Shown: positions 10,337-21,431 of the stretch, piece by piece
How the letters are laid out: each line of letters opens with the position of its first letter
Numbering within the stretch: position 1 is the first letter of the stretch
Assembly: GCA_009859145.1 (NCBI GenBank)
Contig: VRVR01000032.1
Location: 152,854-216,853, forward strand
DNA from: Andalucia godoyi And28
Taxonomy: Eukaryota; Protista; Jakobida
Direction of reading: 5' to 3'
Length of the DNA: 64,000 nt
Made by a program: the position numbers and the translations under genes
The notes under the pieces: model-generated
The model's input: only the letters and a program-made list of their open reading frames with translations
Told to the model about the DNA's origin: nothing
Database searches by the model: none

Positions 10337-12179
10337 ATGGCGGCCGAATCTCGAAAGAGGCCCAGATGAGGTGTCGAAAAAACAACCTAAGCAGCAAGCC
10401 ACGCCACAGAAATGCTCAAAGCTGCCGGGGGAAGTGAAAACTGTATATTTCCGAGAACACATGCCCATATCGATCATCAACAAAATGGACTGCAAACATT
10501 CGACAATCCTTGGAACGTTGGTGGGAAAGATCTGCGGACATCCCTGCATATCTTGGGCTGCTATCGCCCGACAAACATCAGTATACTTCTGATTTTACAA
10601 GCTCAGCGCGGAAACAAGACTTGCAACACTTTGACTGCAAAAGCATGCTAAATTTTCGAATGAACTGTTGGAGCTGAATACCGCACAGCGATGCGTCGAC
10701 TGTGAAAGCCACGCGCAGAGCAATAAACAACTTTGAAACGCCATAAACCGACACAATGTTTTAGTCTGCTGCAAAGTGTCCACAATTTTCGCTGAAAGTG
10801 TTCGGCAATCATGCATTGAAGACTGAATAATCCGCTGGCAGCTAAGCAGACAGACTGCTACTGAAGCTCCTTTGCACTTGTTCATCGCAAGTTGCCCTGC
10901 ATGCTGTTTGCACGTTTCCCGCTGCGCTATCTGCAACAAGCGAGGACTTGCTCTGGAGGTTCCTCTGGGCCGAGCTGACGTCCCAAGAAGCGAGTGGAAA
11001 TTTCGGAGTTGACCATTACAAGTCCGAATACTGTGCCGTGTTGCTTCAGAGGCACTTCGCAGAAGCCAAAGTCCTCGGAGTCACAGAACGCTGGTTCGCT
11101 GAACTGGAGGGTCTTCTTGAAAGATCGAGCGGACGGCTCCGCACTCTTCGCATTCAGAATTTTTCGTGTTTGTACGTAGATCGGGTTGTCAGTCTTGTTG
11201 AGCGCCACATCGCACCTTTTTTGCAGAGCATCGAGTTTCACAATCTCCGAGCTTCAGGACTCCCGTTTGCGAAAGAGTGTTGTCGAACCTGCCGCAATGG
11301 CGTTGCAAAGATCCGCTTGTTGTACACAAACTTTTCCTCTGCAGAAATGTCGCGCTTCCTGGAATGGTTGTCGATTCCGTTCGCACCAGGGCCAGCCGCA
11401 AATCAATTCGGCCGTGCAGAAATCACGAGCTTGGACGAATGGCTGTATTCCGATTTGGATCGCTGCGTGCAGAGGAGCGCTCCTGGTGCCGTGCCGTTGT
11501 ACTTTGCTCCGTTGTCTGTGCTCGAGTTTCATTCGTGTTTCTTTGACTTGTCGGCAACCGGTTCCTTGTGCAATCTGTTCTCGTCAATCTCCTCGTCCCT
11601 GAGAACCGTCGTCATGGCGTCTTGCCAGTTCCAGAATCTGGACAAATCCGAGTTTGCCCTGCAGCGTGGGGCGCAGATGTTCCCTGCTCTCGAACGGGTG
11701 AACATCGTTGGGTGCCCTCAGGCAGCGGTGCTGCTGAGGTTTTCGTCTTGAACTCTGCGGACTCTCTGGTAGCTCTCGACGTTTCCCATAGCGGGTTGAG
11801 CGAACAAGACGTTTCTGCTGTGCTGCAGCTGGTCTGTCGAAATTCCGCAAAGCTGAGAGCCCTGGACATATCTGGGATTCCTCTGTCAACATCGTGCCTG
11901 CACACGCTGATCCCGGATTGTCAACGATCGGTTTGTTTGCTGGACCAGGTGAGAATGCAGAATTGCTCGCTGTCCGCTACGTCAGTAAGGACCCTGCTTG
12001 CGTCAAGACAATTCTCCGAGAAGATCGCACACATTGACTTGTCTGACAATCCGTTTGCCTTCAGTAGCACTGTCCTCTCTCGGACGACGATTGGAGATAA
12101 ACGACGTTGGATGGCCCTGCCTGCAAGGGACGTTCTTTCGATTCCCTCTACGCAGTCGAGAGTTAACGAGTGTACGTAG
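10337..12179 (+). pseudogene. Frame-disrupted LRR (RNI-like) protein gene; pseudogene or assembly indels
   Basis: LRR-like segments (LRTLRIQN, LERVNIVGC, LVALDVSHSGL, LRALDISG, IAHIDLSDN) are split between ORFs 10948-11751 and 11568-12179. The 5' part changes frame several times. Confidence 0.55.
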
Positions 12180-13070
12180 CTTGTTTAGGATTCCATCCGT
12201 AGATTAAGAATTCTTCTGGTTTATTTCGTAAAACTGGAAAAGAAATAGGAAACAGCTGGAGAACTTGGTCATTTGCAATTTCTCGTTCAGCATTGACGAT
12301 ATCCTGTGTGATAAGAGCACTGATGGCTCCAACTCTCAATACTCTCATGTCCGTTTCGGCGGACGTGCGATTTTCGTCGCAATATCCCTTTCTTACTGAT
12401 GCTGCCGTTACAAAAATCATAATACATGCGAAGAATGTTTTGGTCCACAGTCCATCCAATAATATCCTTTATGGAGACATTTGGGAAAATAGCTAATAGC
12501 AAGTTCAAAAAAACTTCAGACCGTGCATCGAAGAAGCGTCTAAACTGAAGCGGTCGCGCGTTTGCCAACGATCGTGACCTGCCAATTGGCTATCTCCTCA
12601 TGTGGCAGCACTTGAGCGTGTAATAGTTATAAATAATGTATTCTAATTAAAAATGTTCTGAATTGTCATGGCCAACCTATACCGTCAAGAAAACGAAAGT
12701 TTCTGAAAGTTCAATTATGACCTACGTCTAGCAACATAATGCTGGAGCTGATCTCTTTGGAAAATAAGAGTCCAGCGCTGGATGTTGCAACTATATCAGG
12801 TTTATCAAGAAAGATAAAACAGAATGAAAGGATCGCGAATGAGCGAAATTTTCATCGTCATCCTCTGGAAAATCCGAACTGTTTTTTGTCTCCCGAAACC
12901 CTTTGCAACCCTAAAAAGTTTTGGACTCCGTTGCTGCATTTAAACCTTGTGTCTCCTTCCTTTTTTCCCGTCTCCGTGTTACGAGAATGTGGTGGCTTTT
13001 CCCCTTCTTCTGTGTTTCTTGTACTGTATCTCTGCCCGCCGTCCCCGAAAAGAATACTGACCGAGAAACC

Positions 13071-13946
13071 ATGGCAGCTCCTTTGTTCTCTTCTGTGAAA
13101 CTCGTTGCGGAGGCAAGGTACGAAGTCGAGATTCGCAGGGGCGAGCTGGTTTCTCTGCAGTCATCCGATGATACATTGAAACGAGCCATCGCAGACGGTA
13201 TGATTCAACAGTTACTCGAAAAGGACAGCAAGAAGAGGGAACGAGAACACAACAAGAACTAAAACGTCTTCTTTATTTGTCCAGGTGAGTCCAAGCTGCG
13301 AATGATCACAGCAAGTGAATGGGACCTCGTCTCACAACTCCAGTCTCTTGAACGAACCGTGCAGATCCGAAAGTCTAATGAAAAGAATATGTCCCAAGCA
13401 CTGCAGGAGACGCAACGTCGATCCATCCAGCCAGAGACGCAGTTCTGTGACAACGAGGCAACTTTCGAAGAAAGGTATGTGGCTTCCACTTCCGCACACA
13501 TCCACACACACACACACCGACGACCAAAAATTCCCACCTAATTGGTCCTAACGAAACACAGTAAGCATTACGAGCGACGAAAAGACACGGCCATATCGGT
13601 CCTTCGAGACACTTCTGCGAAGGGTAAGCCGGCTTTCCATGTTCTGAAATACTGCAATTTAGACTTGCATCGAAATCCTGATGAACTGAAAGTTGGTCCG
13701 GAAAATACTGAGGAAGCGGCCTCTGTCGCCGTCTCGGAAGAAAGTCTTGAGAAACTCAAATCAAAAGTCGAGCAAGCCAGATGCATTTTTCGAAAAGCCG
13801 AATCAGCATTTCAATACATCATGGCTGCTGAGAACAAGATCAATGTTGAGTCCGAACCAGAATCTGGAGCATACATGAATATGATTCGCGAAACGTGGTT
13901 CACTATGTCTTCGGAGATGCATGCGATTGAAAACATGATATCCTAA
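13071..13946 (+). CDS. Three-exon hypothetical helical protein (exons 13071-13197, 13285-13474, 13562-13946)
   Basis: Two GTATG...CAG introns (13198-13284, 13475-13561) join three ORF-track fragments in frame (phase 1, then phase 2). Branch-like CTAAAAC and CCTAAC motifs precede the acceptors. Confidence 0.72.
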
Positions 13947-14866
13947 AGGAGAACCCAGCTGTCCACATTGTGCGAGAAGTGCTGCTGAAATGCAGTCTTT
14001 TCTGATGAGCCCAGTCCACCGTAAGTCCTGGTCTGTTTTCCAAACATAAAATCCCACCACGATCCCTTCCGTTCTGACACGCGACGAGCATGGATTGCAT
14101 CGGCTTCCGTCTTCAAAATCATCATTTGCTCCTCGACACGCTGCGAAATCATCGTATCGTACTGTTCACGAGAGAGCCTTCCACTGCAGAATTGTGAAAC
14201 AATGTCTCGCAATGGGATTTGAGGACCAACAACCAACGTCACGGTCCGGCCTGGACGGGGAAGCCACGTTCCCAACGGCACGACGTCTTGAATTCCAACC
14301 ACGAAGATAGGAACAAGAATTGGAGTCTTCTCAACAGAGTCTGATTCAATGACTCTGGCAACTCCTCGGCGGATACGTTGTATATGACCATCTTGAGACA
14401 CTTTTCCTTCGGGGTAGATGTGCAGCCATTCTCCTTGTTGCACCAGACCTCGGGCCTGGTAAACAGCAGGCTGTTCAAGCCCAGCACCACGCTTAATTGG
14501 AACTGCTTTCATTGTTTTGAAGAACGTGGACACGATCGGATACTTGAAACAAAAATCCTCGGCAGCGAGAGTCCAACGCATCTTTTGGGGATTCACGAAC
14601 CAAGAAAACTTGCACACAGCTCCCAGTGCCGGCTCGTCTACGACACTAGCATGATTCATTACAGTAACCAAGCCAGTGTTTTTCGGACGATTTTCTACAG
14701 CATCATGCAGCCGCTCTGCGTGAAATGCCTCAAAATCCGACAAGAGTCGATAGAACCCATGAGACATGGCTCCAAGAACAAGGAAACCAAGAGTTCTCAC
14801 TGGACCAGCAAATAATGGAGAGACATCCTGAAATGGCGGTATCGGTATCCCAGAATCCTGGTCCAT
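13943..14866 (-). CDS. TAZ: Tafazzin (phospholipid-lysophospholipid transacylase)
   Basis: Has the NHASVVD HxxxxD motif, KMRWTLAAEDFCF, and HIYPEGKV. Confidence 0.9.
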   Translation of the reverse strand: MDQDSGIPIPPFQDVSPLFAGPVRTLGFLVLGAMSHGFYRLLSDFEAFHAERLHDAVENRPKNTGLVTVMNHASVVDEPALGAVCKFSWFVNPQKMRWTLAAEDFCFKYPIVSTFFKTMKAVPIKRGAGLEQPAVYQARGLVQQGEWLHIYPEGKVSQDGHIQRIRRGVARVIESDSVEKTPILVPIFVVGIQDVVPLGTWLPRPGRTVTLVVGPQIPLRDIVSQFCSGRLSREQYDTMISQRVEEQMMILKTEADAIHARRVSERKGSWWDFMFGKQTRTYGGLGSSEKTAFQQHFSHNVDSWVLL

Positions 14867-14980
14867 GGTCGACAAAATGCACACCAATTTGAATTTAGCA
14901 AACTTGATGTCTTTTTCCCCACCGAGGCAAAAGCAAAAAGACGGAAAGAAAAACCAGGATGGCTGTCGGCGATCTTTTTT

Positions 14981-15219
14981 GGAGTGCTTATCATTTTTCG
15001 AATGCGCGGAAATTCATGCGTACAGTTGTTGAGGAAAAACCTGCGTTTCAGCCGGGTCGCCAAGCACGAGCGACCGGCCCATCATGGGACTCCAGCGCAG
15101 GGTTTCAACTCAAAGTCCTGTTTCCTTTACAGATCTCCAACTCATCCATCCTTCATTGGTGAGTTGGGTGCTCAGCGTTTTCTTTACTTCTCCGAGAACG
15201 GACGACGCTCCAGTTTTTT
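14981..15219 (+). ncRNA. Candidate structured non-coding RNA, unclassified
   Basis: 5' and 3' ends are complementary (GGAGTG/CGCTCC), several nested stems lie between them, and a T6 run follows. No known RNA family motif recognised. Confidence 0.25.
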
Positions 15220-15580
15220 AATATAAATTTCGCTTTTTTTTTTGCTTTGTTGAGGCTGCTAAAGAATAGAACGATGCGGATTACCACCCTCGAATTATGG
15301 TAGAAGGAGATTCTGCTATCCGAGCAGGTTTTTTTAAATTGGTCAAGCGTAGCCAGTGGACCTTTCGCCTGAAAATGATGACCGACTTCTAAGATCGACG
15401 TCCACGAATCCTGGACTTTCTCGCATCTCGCATGTGCTCGCGGTGTGACCAGTTGCCTCGCCTGTCGTAACCAGAAGCGAAATTTTCTTGTGGTCAACAG
15501 CGAAACTCTTTTTCTTTTGCCTTTGTCTTTCCGACGACATATAAAGCATCTTTGTCAAATCTCTGCATCTTTGCGCAAGA

Positions 15581-16867
15581 ATGGAAGTTCAGGTCCGCTT
15601 CGTATCCTCTGTCGTGCGTTTACCTTATGACGATAATCAGGTCTTCACACTCTCTGATTCTTTAGATCCCAACTCGTTAAATGAAGTTGTGAAGAATGTT
15701 TTGTCGGAGGACGAATCTTCTGCGGCCTCCGTTCCTTCTCTTGATTTTCTCATCAATGGAATTTTTCTTACAACGTCTCTAAAGGATCATTTGGCAAAGC
15801 ATGGTTTGTCTTATGAATCGCAAATCGACATTGAGTGCGTTTTAGGACAACCTGTTCCCAAGAAGAAGGGAGAGTTTCCGCATCCTGACTGGGTCTCTGC
15901 TGTCGGGATGCTTCCTTGTAGTTCTCACTTCGTGACCGGGTCCTACGACGGCTTTCTTCGGTTCTGGAATGCGGCGTCGTCCACTGCAAAGAGTTCTGCT
16001 CTGGAACTTGCGGTCCATGACCTGCCGATCAAGTCGCTAGTTGCAGCGAGCTCCTCGTCTATTTTGACAGCTTCTAAAGACAAGACGATTCGATTATCGG
16101 AAGTAGATGTTGCTTCGAGAACGGCTTCAACTTCGGCCCTCTTTATCGGCCACGAGGATTCGGTTGAAACACTGGCTCTTTCTGCAGACAAGCTTCGTTT
16201 CGTATCCGGCTCGTGGGACAAGACTGTCAAATTATGGGAAATTCCCGCTAAATCCGAGAGCGAGAAGGAGTCGACGAGATCCCAGAAGAAAAGTCGACAC
16301 GACAAGAACGTACTGCATGAATCAGTTTTGTCGTACAACATTCTGTCTGGTCATGCTGACTGCGTCTCCAGTGTGTGCTGGCCCGAGAGTTCGTTGATTT
16401 TTTCTGGTTCCGCCGATCGGACAATCAGGGTCTGGGATGCTGTCTCTGGAGATTGCGAGGCTGTATGGAACTGCGGTGTCGCAGTGCATTCAATTTCGTT
16501 TTCATCGAAGGCGAGGCTTCTTGTTTCTGTTCATGCGGATCGCTATGCAAGAATATGGGATGCGCGAATTCGTCAGGGTAATGTTTGCAAAGTTGCCGTG
16601 GGACCCCACAAAGAAAGAGCTGGAAGTGTGGACTGGCTGGCAGACTCCGATTGTAGTTTTGTGTCTGGTTCTTTTGATGGCAGAGTTCGTTTTTGGGACT
16701 TCCGCTCTCGTTCTGCGCCAATCCATACCGTGCATGCTCATGCCGATAAAACGCTGTGCGTGAACTCCCCTGCGATTGGATGCGTCTTGTCTGGTGGCGC
16801 TGATGGCCAGTTGAAGGTTTACCGACAGCTTGCATCTTCCCTGACTGAGTCGAAGGTAGAAGGATAA
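15581..16867 (+). CDS. WDR12: Ribosome biogenesis protein WDR12/YTM1
   Basis: N-terminal NLE/ubiquitin-like domain (FDFLING-like LDFLINGIFL) followed by WD40 repeats (HPDWVSAV, TGSYDG, GHEDSV, SGSWD). Confidence 0.9.
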   Translation: MEVQVRFVSSVVRLPYDDNQVFTLSDSLDPNSLNEVVKNVLSEDESSAASVPSLDFLINGIFLTTSLKDHLAKHGLSYESQIDIECVLGQPVPKKKGEFPHPDWVSAVGMLPCSSHFVTGSYDGFLRFWNAASSTAKSSALELAVHDLPIKSLVAASSSSILTASKDKTIRLSEVDVASRTASTSALFIGHEDSVETLALSADKLRFVSGSWDKTVKLWEIPAKSESEKESTRSQKKSRHDKNVLHESVLSYNILSGHADCVSSVCWPESSLIFSGSADRTIRVWDAVSGDCEAVWNCGVAVHSISFSSKARLLVSVHADRYARIWDARIRQGNVCKVAVGPHKERAGSVDWLADSDCSFVSGSFDGRVRFWDFRSRSAPIHTVHAHADKTLCVNSPAIGCVLSGGADGQLKVYRQLASSLTESKVEG

Positions 16868-16946
16868 TGGAAAAAAAAATGTGTTTTACATAATTGTACA
16901 TGAACATCATAGCACACATCCTTTTGGTATTGAAATTGGAAGAACA

Positions 16947-18011
16947 TCAGCATTGAAACAGAACTTGCGTATTTTCACTCAGACTGGAAAAGCGATGGCC
17001 GAATTGTTGTGCAACCAGATGTGCAGCGCCTATCGCACAACTAGTGTTCACTCTAAGAAACTGGAAATTCGAGAACGACGCCTCTTTTAGACGAGAAACG
17101 ATGCCATCCTTCAACAGTTCATGAGAATTCCACACGGAACCGACGCAAATGACAGGCAACGGGGATCCATCCATTGGGAAGGACATCGAAAGCGAAGTAA
17201 GAACACCAAGCATCATGTCTGCAATGTCTCGACCAGCGACTTCGAACGCCAGCACACAAAGTGGATCGCTGTAATCGCGCGCCAATTCTGCAGCTACTCC
17301 GCAAAAGCCCGCAATTCGGTCTTTCGAAAAGTCGCGATAAAATACAGCAAGAAGACCCTTGAGCGAAGTCACATCGAAGTACTTCAAGATCGACGACGTC
17401 ACTCGCATGGTGGAGTCGTCGTTGTCCCAGGACTTACCACCGAACATATCGTGGCGTCGAAAAATCTCTTTGATAACGTACAACGAAATCTGATACGCAC
17501 CAGCCTCGTCTCCAAGCAGGTGTCCCCACCCTCCGCAAGTTTCTGTCGATCCGTCTGAAGTCATTCCTCGGCAATTCGAACCCGTTCCGCAAATGAGAAC
17601 AATTCCAGATCCATGAGATGTCATGCCTAAAGGAGCAAACGTATCATTCTTCAGCAAATACCTTTCAGTCAACTCTGGACGAAGACTTCTCAACCGAGTT
17701 TCCAGGCGTTGCTGCTCATCGACGAGATCAATTCCCGAGAGCATCAACCCAATGCCAGAGAATATGCATCCCTTTCTGCCTTCCGCATCTCTGCAGTTCT
17801 TAGCTGCTGCGGAACCCAGAATACTGTTGTTCGAAAGAGTCTCAAGCGTTGCATCGATCAGAGCGATTAATCGAACCGCGCACTCCTCAAGGCCAATCAA
17901 CCACTGGTTGGTCGCCGGACCAGTTTGAAACCCGATAATGGTTCCATTTGCATCTGTGATCACACAGGTGGATTTTGTTCCACCTCCTTCAATGCCACAG
18001 AAATACTGCAT
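16947..18011 (-). CDS. NAGK: N-acetyl-D-glucosamine kinase (BadF/BadG/BcrA/BcrD ATPase family)
   Basis: Motifs GIEGGGTKS, NDT, LICGTGSN and CGGWGHLLGDEAG. Confidence 0.88.
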   Translation of the reverse strand: MQYFCGIEGGGTKSTCVITDANGTIIGFQTGPATNQWLIGLEECAVRLIALIDATLETLSNNSILGSAAAKNCRDAEGRKGCIFSGIGLMLSGIDLVDEQQRLETRLRSLRPELTERYLLKNDTFAPLGMTSHGSGIVLICGTGSNCRGMTSDGSTETCGGWGHLLGDEAGAYQISLYVIKEIFRRHDMFGGKSWDNDDSTMRVTSSILKYFDVTSLKGLLAVFYRDFSKDRIAGFCGVAAELARDYSDPLCVLAFEVAGRDIADMMLGVLTSLSMSFPMDGSPLPVICVGSVWNSHELLKDGIVSRLKEASFSNFQFLRVNTSCAIGAAHLVAQQFGHRFSSLSENTQVLFQC

Positions 18012-18457
18012 AGGTGACAACCGCGTTTGCCAGAACAAAAAAAAATAAAATAATAACACCCAGTGCACCAGATTTGAAAAATCAGACAAATGTTAAAAAA
18101 AAACCCAAACAAACAGACACCAGAAAAATAATCACTAAAAGCTCAAAAATTTCTTCTTTGTTCTCACAGTCGTGTCGCACAAAATGAAACCCTTTCCCTC
18201 TCACACTTGCTCGGTGCTACGCCTTGCGGACAGTAGTGGAGGAAGCTCCAAGCAGGGTGGCGAGCGCCGAACATCATCAACAAAAGTCGACTGAATTCTG
18301 AGACAGAAACTCGACCTCGACCATGTAAGGACCCGCCTTTTCCTTCTTGGTATTTTTTCCTGTCATTTTCTTTTTTCTTTTTTCTGCTTCTTCTTTTCTT
18401 TTCTTGTTGTTATCTTGTTGTTGTACTTTTTCCTTTCTGGCTGCTTTTCATCTCAAA

Positions 18458-19963
18458 ATGGCTGCGCGTCGTCTTGAGACATTGAGCAGACATCTGAATC
18501 CGGATTCCGGAAACGTAGACGATGGCGGATTAGTGTTTGCTGTGAATTGCAAAGGAACCAGCGCTGCCGTCGATCCCGCCGAGTCTGTGACGATCACCAA
18601 TAATCGAACTGGCAAAGAAATTCGGACTCCCATTGAGCACGGGGTTGCCATTCGTGCAACGTCGCTGAAGGAGATTGGATTGATGTCATACGATCCTGGT
18701 TTTCTGAATACCGCTGTTTGCAGATCCGGAGTTTCGTACATCGATGGAGATGCTGGCATTCTTCGCTATCGTGGATACAATATCGAGGAACTTGCGGAGA
18801 AATCGAGCTTTGTAGAAGTCGCGTACCTGTTAATCAATGGAGAGCTGCCGGACCGAGAGCAGCTGAGAGAGTGGAATTCAAAGATTATGGGCCACACGTA
18901 TCTTCACGAGAATATGTTGCAGATTCTCAAGTCTTTTCGCTATGATGCTCACCCCATGGGCATTGTCGTGTCTTCGCTTGCTGCTATGAACACATTTTAC
19001 CCTCTTGCGAACCCTGCATTGCAAGGACAGAATCTCTACGTCAACAACGAGGAAATTCGAAACAAGCAAATCTATCGCATCATTGGCAAGCTCCCCACAA
19101 TTGCGGCGTGCGCGTACCGGAATCGGATTGGACGTTCTTTTACTTCTCCAAACTCAAAACTCGGCTATGCGGAGAACTTTCTGCAGATGTTGGACAAACT
19201 TTCCGAGGTGGACTATCGTCCGAATCCGAAGCTGGCCCGTGCGTTAGATGTCCTCTTTATTTTGCATGCTGAACACGAGCTGAATTGTTCTACTGCTGCC
19301 GTTCGGCATATTGCGTCTTCTCGGGTGGATCCTTTTACTTGCGTTGCTGGTGCTGCTGGCGCTTTGTACGGTCCTTTACACGGAGGCGCAAATGAAGCCG
19401 TTGTCAACCAACTGCGTGAAATTGGCTCCAAAGACAAGGTTCCTCAATTTATCCAGGACGTGAAGAACCGCAAGCGTTTGATGTTTGGTTTTGGTCACCG
19501 TATCTACAAGAATTACGACCCGCGTGCAAAGATCATCAAGAAGGTTGCAGAGGAAGTATTCGAGATCATGGGGACGTCTCCACTGATGGAGGTCGCTGTA
19601 GCTCTTGAGAAGGCCGCTTTGGAGGACGAATACTTCATTTCCCGCAAGCTGTACCCCAATGTCGATTTCTACTCGGGTGTCATCTACGCATGTATGGGAT
19701 TTCCTTCGGATATGTTCCCTGTTCTGTTTGCGATTCCTCGAGCTGTCGGATGGCTTGCGCATTGGATTGAGCAGCTTGATGACGACGAAAACCACATCGC
19801 CCGCCCTCGACAGATTTACACTGGTCCGGAAGAGCGTCCGTACGTTCCGATTGAATTGCGGAAAGCGGCGAAAGTGCGCACCACCAAGAGCTATGTAAGC
19901 TCGACTTCCCGTCGTCGAGAAGCGGGAACCGACGGCGGCCAGCCTGTGGCAAAGTCTGAGTGA
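18458..19963 (+). CDS. Citrate synthase, bacterial/peroxisomal type, with N-terminal PTS2
   Basis: Motifs [34 protein letters not shown] and [10 protein letters not shown]. The N-terminus [13 protein letters not shown] contains R-L-x5-H-L. Confidence 0.93.
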   Translation: MAARRLETLSRHLNPDSGNVDDGGLVFAVNCKGTSAAVDPAESVTITNNRTGKEIRTPIEHGVAIRATSLKEIGLMSYDPGFLNTAVCRSGVSYIDGDAGILRYRGYNIEELAEKSSFVEVAYLLINGELPDREQLREWNSKIMGHTYLHENMLQILKSFRYDAHPMGIVVSSLAAMNTFYPLANPALQGQNLYVNNEEIRNKQIYRIIGKLPTIAACAYRNRIGRSFTSPNSKLGYAENFLQMLDKLSEVDYRPNPKLARALDVLFILHAEHELNCSTAAVRHIASSRVDPFTCVAGAAGALYGPLHGGANEAVVNQLREIGSKDKVPQFIQDVKNRKRLMFGFGHRIYKNYDPRAKIIKKVAEEVFEIMGTSPLMEVAVALEKAALEDEYFISRKLYPNVDFYSGVIYACMGFPSDMFPVLFAIPRAVGWLAHWIEQLDDDENHIARPRQIYTGPEERPYVPIELRKAAKVRTTKSYVSSTSRRREAGTDGGQPVAKSE

Positions 19964-20153
19964 CGGAAATGTTGTGCATTGTTTTGTGATTTTGTGTGTG
20001 TTCGTACATCGATTCTTTGCGTCGTTAATTGTTTTATCTTCTTCTTCTTCTTCGTGTTTCTGTTCTTGCTCACTCGATCATTTCACGTTTTTCATATGCA
20101 TCCTGTTTCACTCTCGACCGGGGCGGGGGACGCACGCAAGCACGCAGCGTCCA

Positions 20154-21431
20154 TTATCTTTTCCTGGCAGCACCAAGAACAGCGGGACTCTCTCGAAGAA
20201 ATGGAACTCTCGATACCAGAAACGGTTGCACGAACAACACGGACATTAAAAAGAAGGTCATCAAATAACCGCACAGAATCGCAGTTGCCGTCAGAGGACC
20301 AGCGTAGATCGTGTAGACCGTCTTGTTCACCGCTCCAGTAAGCAAATTCGCAACCAAGAACAGCAAGAGAGAGTTTGCATTAACAGACTTTTGCACAGTT
20401 AAAGGTCGAATTCTCAGACAGGACATCACAAACAGGCAAAACGTGTTCACAGAAACAATAAAAAACACGTATGGAAGGTTGCAGGATCGTCGAGAGCACG
20501 GTTCAACAAAGCTATCCAATGCATACGCTGCGATAGCACAACCTAAAGATACGATGGAAAGCATCTTGAGATCCACACAAGCTTTCCGCACAACTCTTCC
20601 AGCATTCGATATCGCGAGATACCCGATTACGGAAAAAATGCCTTCGCGATTTGCAGAAAAAAAATCAGTCCGAGGAGAATTCCACAGATAGAGCGCCAAG
20701 GTATTGTACTCTCCAAACGGAAAGAACACGAGCCAAAGTTGATACAACATGACTGCACCAAAGGACCACGATGGTTTAATGCGAAGTGCGGGATCTGAGA
20801 GGGCGGCAACGACAGCAAGGGTCAGGAAGAAATTCCAGTGCACGCCGTACTCTGACACATGCTTCTGATAGTCTGCTGCGGATGTCAAAAAGAAACGAAC
20901 AGCCCCAAGCGCCAACAACGGAGCAACAGACTTGAGAAAGGAATTCTTCCTCGATCGACTGCTCGACACCATTCCTGAAGAAAAGACAAACGATCCAACT
21001 CCAGCGTCCATCACAGACCACCCATACGTCTCTGTTTTTGCAAACCTTCGAGGAAAAACTGTGAAGTCCACTGCGAGGATTGCAATCACAGTCGAAAGCA
21101 TCATATCAGCCCGGTAGACTGTCAAGACATCTCTAGACAAGACATCCTCGGACTTGCTTCGTTTCTTGGAAAGCCAGTATTTGGCGAAAACAATCACAAG
21201 AAAAAGCGGGCCTAAGTACACGACATAGTCAGCCAGCAGAGTGTTAAACAGCAGCAAAGGAACCGCACGGACAGCAAATTCCAGAAACCATGAAGATTGT
21301 ATGTGAAGTGTTCCGACCAGAGCCGAAAAAGAAGAGAGAGTTTGGATAAGAATGAACGTCTCAAAGAAAGAAGATCCCGTCAATCCAGAGACGAACGCCT
21401 CCTGTTCCTCTCGATACGACGACTGCGCCAT
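20154..21431 (-). CDS. PIGW: GPI inositol acyltransferase PIG-W/GWT1
   Basis: Motifs YREEQEAFVSG, AILAVDF, FPRRFAKTETYG, MDAGVG, EYGVHWNFF, NREG and SRR. Confidence 0.93.
   Translation of the reverse strand: MAQSSYREEQEAFVSGLTGSSFFETFILIQTLSSFSALVGTLHIQSSWFLEFAVRAVPLLLFNTLLADYVVYLGPLFLVIVFAKYWLSKKRSKSEDVLSRDVLTVYRADMMLSTVIAILAVDFTVFPRRFAKTETYGWSVMDAGVGSFVFSSGMVSSSRSRKNSFLKSVAPLLALGAVRFFLTSAADYQKHVSEYGVHWNFFLTLAVVAALSDPALRIKPSWSFGAVMLYQLWLVFFPFGEYNTLALYLWNSPRTDFFSANREGIFSVIGYLAISNAGRVVRKACVDLKMLSIVSLGCAIAAYALDSFVEPCSRRSCNLPYVFFIVSVNTFCLFVMSCLRIRPLTVQKSVNANSLLLFLVANLLTGAVNKTVYTIYAGPLTATAILCGYLMTFFLMSVLFVQPFLVSRVPFLRESPAVLGAARKR

Noticed and set aside
10581-10606. Micro-introns (21 or 26 nt, GT...AG) that might repair the LRR gene
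   Set aside because: Both splices run into another stop within about 15 codons.
15036-15100. Hammerhead-ribozyme-like layout on the minus strand (..ATGATGG-stem-TGAAA-CGCAG)
   Set aside because: The core reads AUGAUGG instead of CUGANGA, there is no NUH triplet, and no credible stem I.
15028-15120. U3, RNase MRP/P or SRP identity for the candidate structured RNA
   Set aside because: Box C'-like UGAGGAAAA and AAAGUCC/GGGACU snippets occur, but in the wrong order or spacing. Boxes B/C/D and the SRP helix-8 motif are absent.
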